From assembly GCA_024679065.1 (NCBI GenBank), contig JAGIQG010000014.1:9610001-9674000 (forward strand): DNA of 64,000 nucleotides. Reading direction: 5' to 3'. Of the stretch, positions 60,200-64,000 are shown one piece after another. The notes beneath the pieces are model-generated. The model was not told the origin of the DNA. It saw nothing but the letters and a program-made list of their open reading frames with translations, and did no database searches. This stretch comes from Sphyrna mokarran. Lineage: Eukaryota. A program made the translations under genes and the position numbers. Position 1 is the stretch's first letter, and each line of letters opens with the position of its first letter.

Positions 60200-61010
60200 C
60201 TAACCTCCCATGAGGAACTTTGTCAAATGCCTTACTGAAATCCATATAGATGACGTAAACGGCTCGCCCTTCATCCGCCGTTTTTTTGTCACCACCTCAA
60301 AAGATTCGTAAGGCATGACCTCCCCTTAACAAAGCCATGTTGTGTATCCCTAATCAGATCGTAACCCTCTAAGTGCCTGTACGTCCTATCTCTAAAAAAT
60401 CCCCTCCAACAGCTTCGCTCCCACTGACATCAAACTCACCGGCCTTTAATTTCCAGGGTTATCCCTATCACCCTTTTTAAACAATGGTACAACATTAGCT
60501 ATTCTCCAGTCCTCTGGACCTCACCTGTGTCCAAAGAAGAGACAAAGATTTACGTCAGAGGCCCAGCAATTTCACTTCGCACCTCCCTAAGCAGCCTGGG
60601 ATAAATGCCATCGGGTCCGGAGATTTATCAGTTTTAGTGCTCCCTAGAACCTCCAACACTTCCTCCTTCGGTATGGATATTTCCCTCAACTGGTCCACAG
60701 CTCCCTCAGAGACAGGAGCTGTCAACAAGCCCTTCTTCTTCATGAATACTGACGCAAAGTATTCATTCAGGATCTCTGCCATTCCCTCGGGCTCTAAGCA
60801 CAGTTCCCCTCCTCTGTCCCTAAGAGGTCTGATTTTTCCTCTAACCACTATTCCTAACATAGAAGTAAAAAGCCTTTGGATTTTCCTTAATCCTATCCGC
60901 CAAAACCATTTTGTGCCCCCTTTTTGCCCTTCTAACTCCCCGTTTGAGCTCCCTCCTACTCTCCTTATATTCCTCCAACGCTGTCTCTGTTCCCAGCTGC
61001 TTTGACCTAT
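60200..61010 (-). mobile_element. CR1 ORF2 internal fragment
   Basis: ORF 60555-61046 (MAEILNEYFASVF, KTDKSP); antisense [12 protein letters not shown] near 60210-60250. Confidence 0.88.
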
Positions 61011-61229
61011 CTCAAAAAGACAGAATAGTTTCCCACAAATAGTCATGAGAAGATATTCAGGTAAAAATCTTTTCAGTATTATCTGAGGGGTACTGATTAA
61101 TCAGAATATTAGAGAGAAGTGCATTACTGCAGCATTAACATCTCAAGCCTGACGATGCTCAGACAGGACATAGATTCCTACTGACACCAATAGGTCTCAG
61201 TCAAACAGGACATTTCCCTTCACACATTA

Positions 61230-61545
61230 CATATCAGAGAATCCCAATTGTACAGAAGGCCATTCGGCCGATCAAACTTGCACTGACAACAATCCCACTG
61301 AGATCCTATCCCTTAACCCCAAACATTTACCCTGCTCATCTCTCTCACATTAAGTGCCATTTTAGCACAGCCAATGCACTGAATCCGCATCACTTTAGAA
61401 TGTGGGAGCAAACGGGAGTACCTGGAGGAAACCCACATAGACACAGGGAGAATCTACAAACTCCATACAGGCAGTCACTCGAAATCGGAACTTAACTTGG
61501 GTCCCTGACCTTGTGAACCAGCTGTGCTAACCACTGTGCCACTGA
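61230..61545 (-). mobile_element. HE1-like V-SINE
   Basis: 'ggaggaaacccacatagacacagggagaatctacaaactcc...tgctaaccactgtgccac'. Confidence 0.8.
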
Positions 61546-62409
61546 TTGAGCCTGTGGGCGCACGAAGCTGGAAGTAGTAAGGGGAAAATAGGATTCAATT
61601 CTCAACTCATCCTGCACCACTTAAAATAACAAAGCATTACACTCCAGTGTGTCACATTTCTAAATTAAATGTTTAAGTAAAGAAAAAAGGAAACAATCTG
61701 CAGGCAGAGAGTCAGAACAATAAGAGATAGAGATTGATTCGATTCAAACCATCTATCACTACACTAACTGAATGAGAAGCTGGAATAGTGGCTAGTTTTC
61801 TGCTAATCTGTTGCAGATATTAACGGGAATCCGAGATCTTACCATGCAACTATTTTAGTGCAATAATACCATTTTACAGCTGCAATTTGTATGTTAAAAC
61901 CTAGCTAAATGCTCCATTTGTAAACTCATGACTGGTAAAAATACTTTGGTTGATTGGATACTTCCATTTCAGCGGAAATGATGGCCATGCACTGTGATAA
62001 CCAGCAGTGACAAAATGCACTGAAGGGGGCACATTTCCTGACAATCATTTGCATTCTAATGTGCTAAACATATATTGTAGTTTGCATGATTTCATTGGGA
62101 TACAATACACAGATCTATTGACGAGGGCATGAAACTTTGGTGTTCACAAGCTCTGGTACTGTAGATGGATTTGCAATGTATTGTATTCTCATTTCATGTT
62201 GGACACTGTATAATTCACAGTAGAGAATACTGAATATTCATTAGCGAGGCCAGTATTTATTCCTGGGTAGTTCCCAGTGTGAGCTGATTTTATAAACTAA
62301 ACCCACTATTTTTCATTTGAAAGCTGAAATGTTTGTTTCTGTGAGTCTTCTGGACTGCATTTAAAATCATTTAAGTATTGTATGCAGTGCTACATATTGT
62401 CGACAATAC

Positions 62410-62700
62410 AGTGACACAATGATTAGCACTGCTGCCCACAGGTTCGATTCCCGGCTTGGGTCACTGTCTGTGTGAAGTTTGCACATTCTCCCCATGTTTG
62501 TGTGGACTTCTTCCAGGTGGTCTGGTTTCCTCCCACAGAACAAAGATGTGCAATTTGGGTTGATTGGCCATTCCTGTGATATGTAGGTTAGGGGGATTAC
62601 TGGGGTAAATATGTGGGGTTGTGGGCATATGGCCTCGGGCAGGATTGTTGTTGGTGCAGGTTTGATCGGCCTACTTCTGTACTGTATGACTTCTATGAAC
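62410..62700 (+). mobile_element. HE1-like V-SINE with CR1-type tail
   Basis: B box GGTTCGATTCC, V-domain, and tail 'ggcctacttctgtactgtatgacttctatga'. Confidence 0.85.
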
Positions 62701-63871
62701 AGAGGCCACAATTTGTCAAAACTGCTTTTGACAAAAAAAGACAGATCAGTTTGGGTTAATTCAATGCTCACTACAACATTAAACTTTTGAGGTGCTTTTA
62801 CATGCACTGTGCCAACCAAAACATGCTTCCCTTCTGGAGCTTATGAAACTAATTAAAATTATTTCTCACTCGCATCGAATTGAAACCAACTAATTCCAGA
62901 CCAGATTAAAACAAATTTGCTGCCTGACTACTGTGGAAGACTTTCCGGTAACGCCCGCCAAAATTAATCTTCAGAAAGAGCTTTAACTCTGAGGCTGAAG
63001 TTACTAATAAACCAATTGATTAAAATTAATTGAATTAAAAAGGCGGTTGGATAATGGAGACATTGGATAATGAGAATCACAGAGAAATTGAAAGTGAAAA
63101 AAAGGAATTGGGAACTGTCAGAGAGAGAAAGAAAGAGTTATTTTCAGGAAATCCAACTCTGAACCTCAATGTTGGACTAACATGGAAAATGTGTATCTCA
63201 CTTAATCAACTCAAATATCAGTATGCCCAGGAATCACTTTTTTCTGTGCAGCTTTTACAAACACATTCATTGTTGAATTTAAAATGCTGCAGGCAATTTA
63301 CTCTAAGTTTCTGAAAAGTTGAAAAACCTGTTTATCCAGTGATGTGGTTTGAAGTCACAGCATACTGTAAGAAGCTGACACTACTCACAGACTTGACAGT
63401 CACCCGCTAACAGGAAAAGGCCCTAATCATACAGGCCATTTCTTTCTGTATTGCCTCTACCCTGAATGTTGCCACAGAGTAAAATGGATTTCATTTCAGA
63501 CACCAGCCAGCACGATGCATATATTGGTTGAGGCCCTGTGCCTAGGCACAATATATTTCATTGTAAGTCCAACTCTGCTGTGCTATCTACAAATGGCAAC
63601 AGAATGGACTCTCTGGCCCTCATCAAAACTACCAACTGCTGGAATCTTAGCACTCATGCCTCCAAATTATTTCACTCTATGGGCCTTCTCACATTATGGA
63701 AGTGTCACTACGAAAAGGTAGATCACCATATAATCAGTCAACCTCCCCTCAAGATAAATTTTCCATTAAACTGCTGATTCTGGACTCTGTACCCATGCAA
63801 AACCCTTATTGCGATCATACCCTGAACCCTATCCTTTCTCCTTAATCCCCTTTCTTCTCCACACTTGTGAG

Positions 63872-64000
63872 TGCACACAAGAACATCAGATCTAGGAGTA
63901 GGAGTAGGCCATCTGACCCCTTGAGCCTGTTCTGCCATTCAATAAGATCATGGTTGATCTTTTTGTGGACTCAGCTCTATCTAACTGCCCACTCACCATA
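63872..64000 (-). mobile_element. Old CR1 3' tail (continues past the window)
   Basis: 'aagaacatcagatctaggagtaggagtaggccatctgacccc...ccattcaataagatcatgg'. Confidence 0.7.

Overview
Eukaryotic, AT-rich, repeat-dense genomic DNA. The repeat content (CR1 LINEs, HE1/V-SINE-like SINEs, Penelope termini, Rex1, Tx1 and Gypsy relics) points to a cartilaginous fish, probably a shark; this is inference, not a database result. Host content is small. There are two convergent two-exon class A GPCR paralogues of the GPR139/GPR142-like type: one intact (8936-10070, +) and one with a single CGA->TGA stop at the DRF arginine (23210-27299, -). There is one intact tRNA-Asp(GTC) amid decayed tRNA-like copies (31.8-34.5 kb), and a CpG-rich promoter/first-exon candidate near 54.3 kb. 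Most ORFs in the track are TE fragments or noise. Highlights: (1) a birth-and-death orphan GPCR family, possibly amino-acid/chemosensory; (2) a CR1 LINE family whose 3' UTR carries a whole promoter-dead HE1-like SINE, in three copies; (3) Penelope termini with decayed minimal hammerhead ribozymes, where short copies and fold-backs break at the ribozyme core; (4) a perfect 43-bp templated insertion in a Tx1 relic. There is a 176-N assembly gap at 20831-21006. Repeat boundaries are by-eye estimates.
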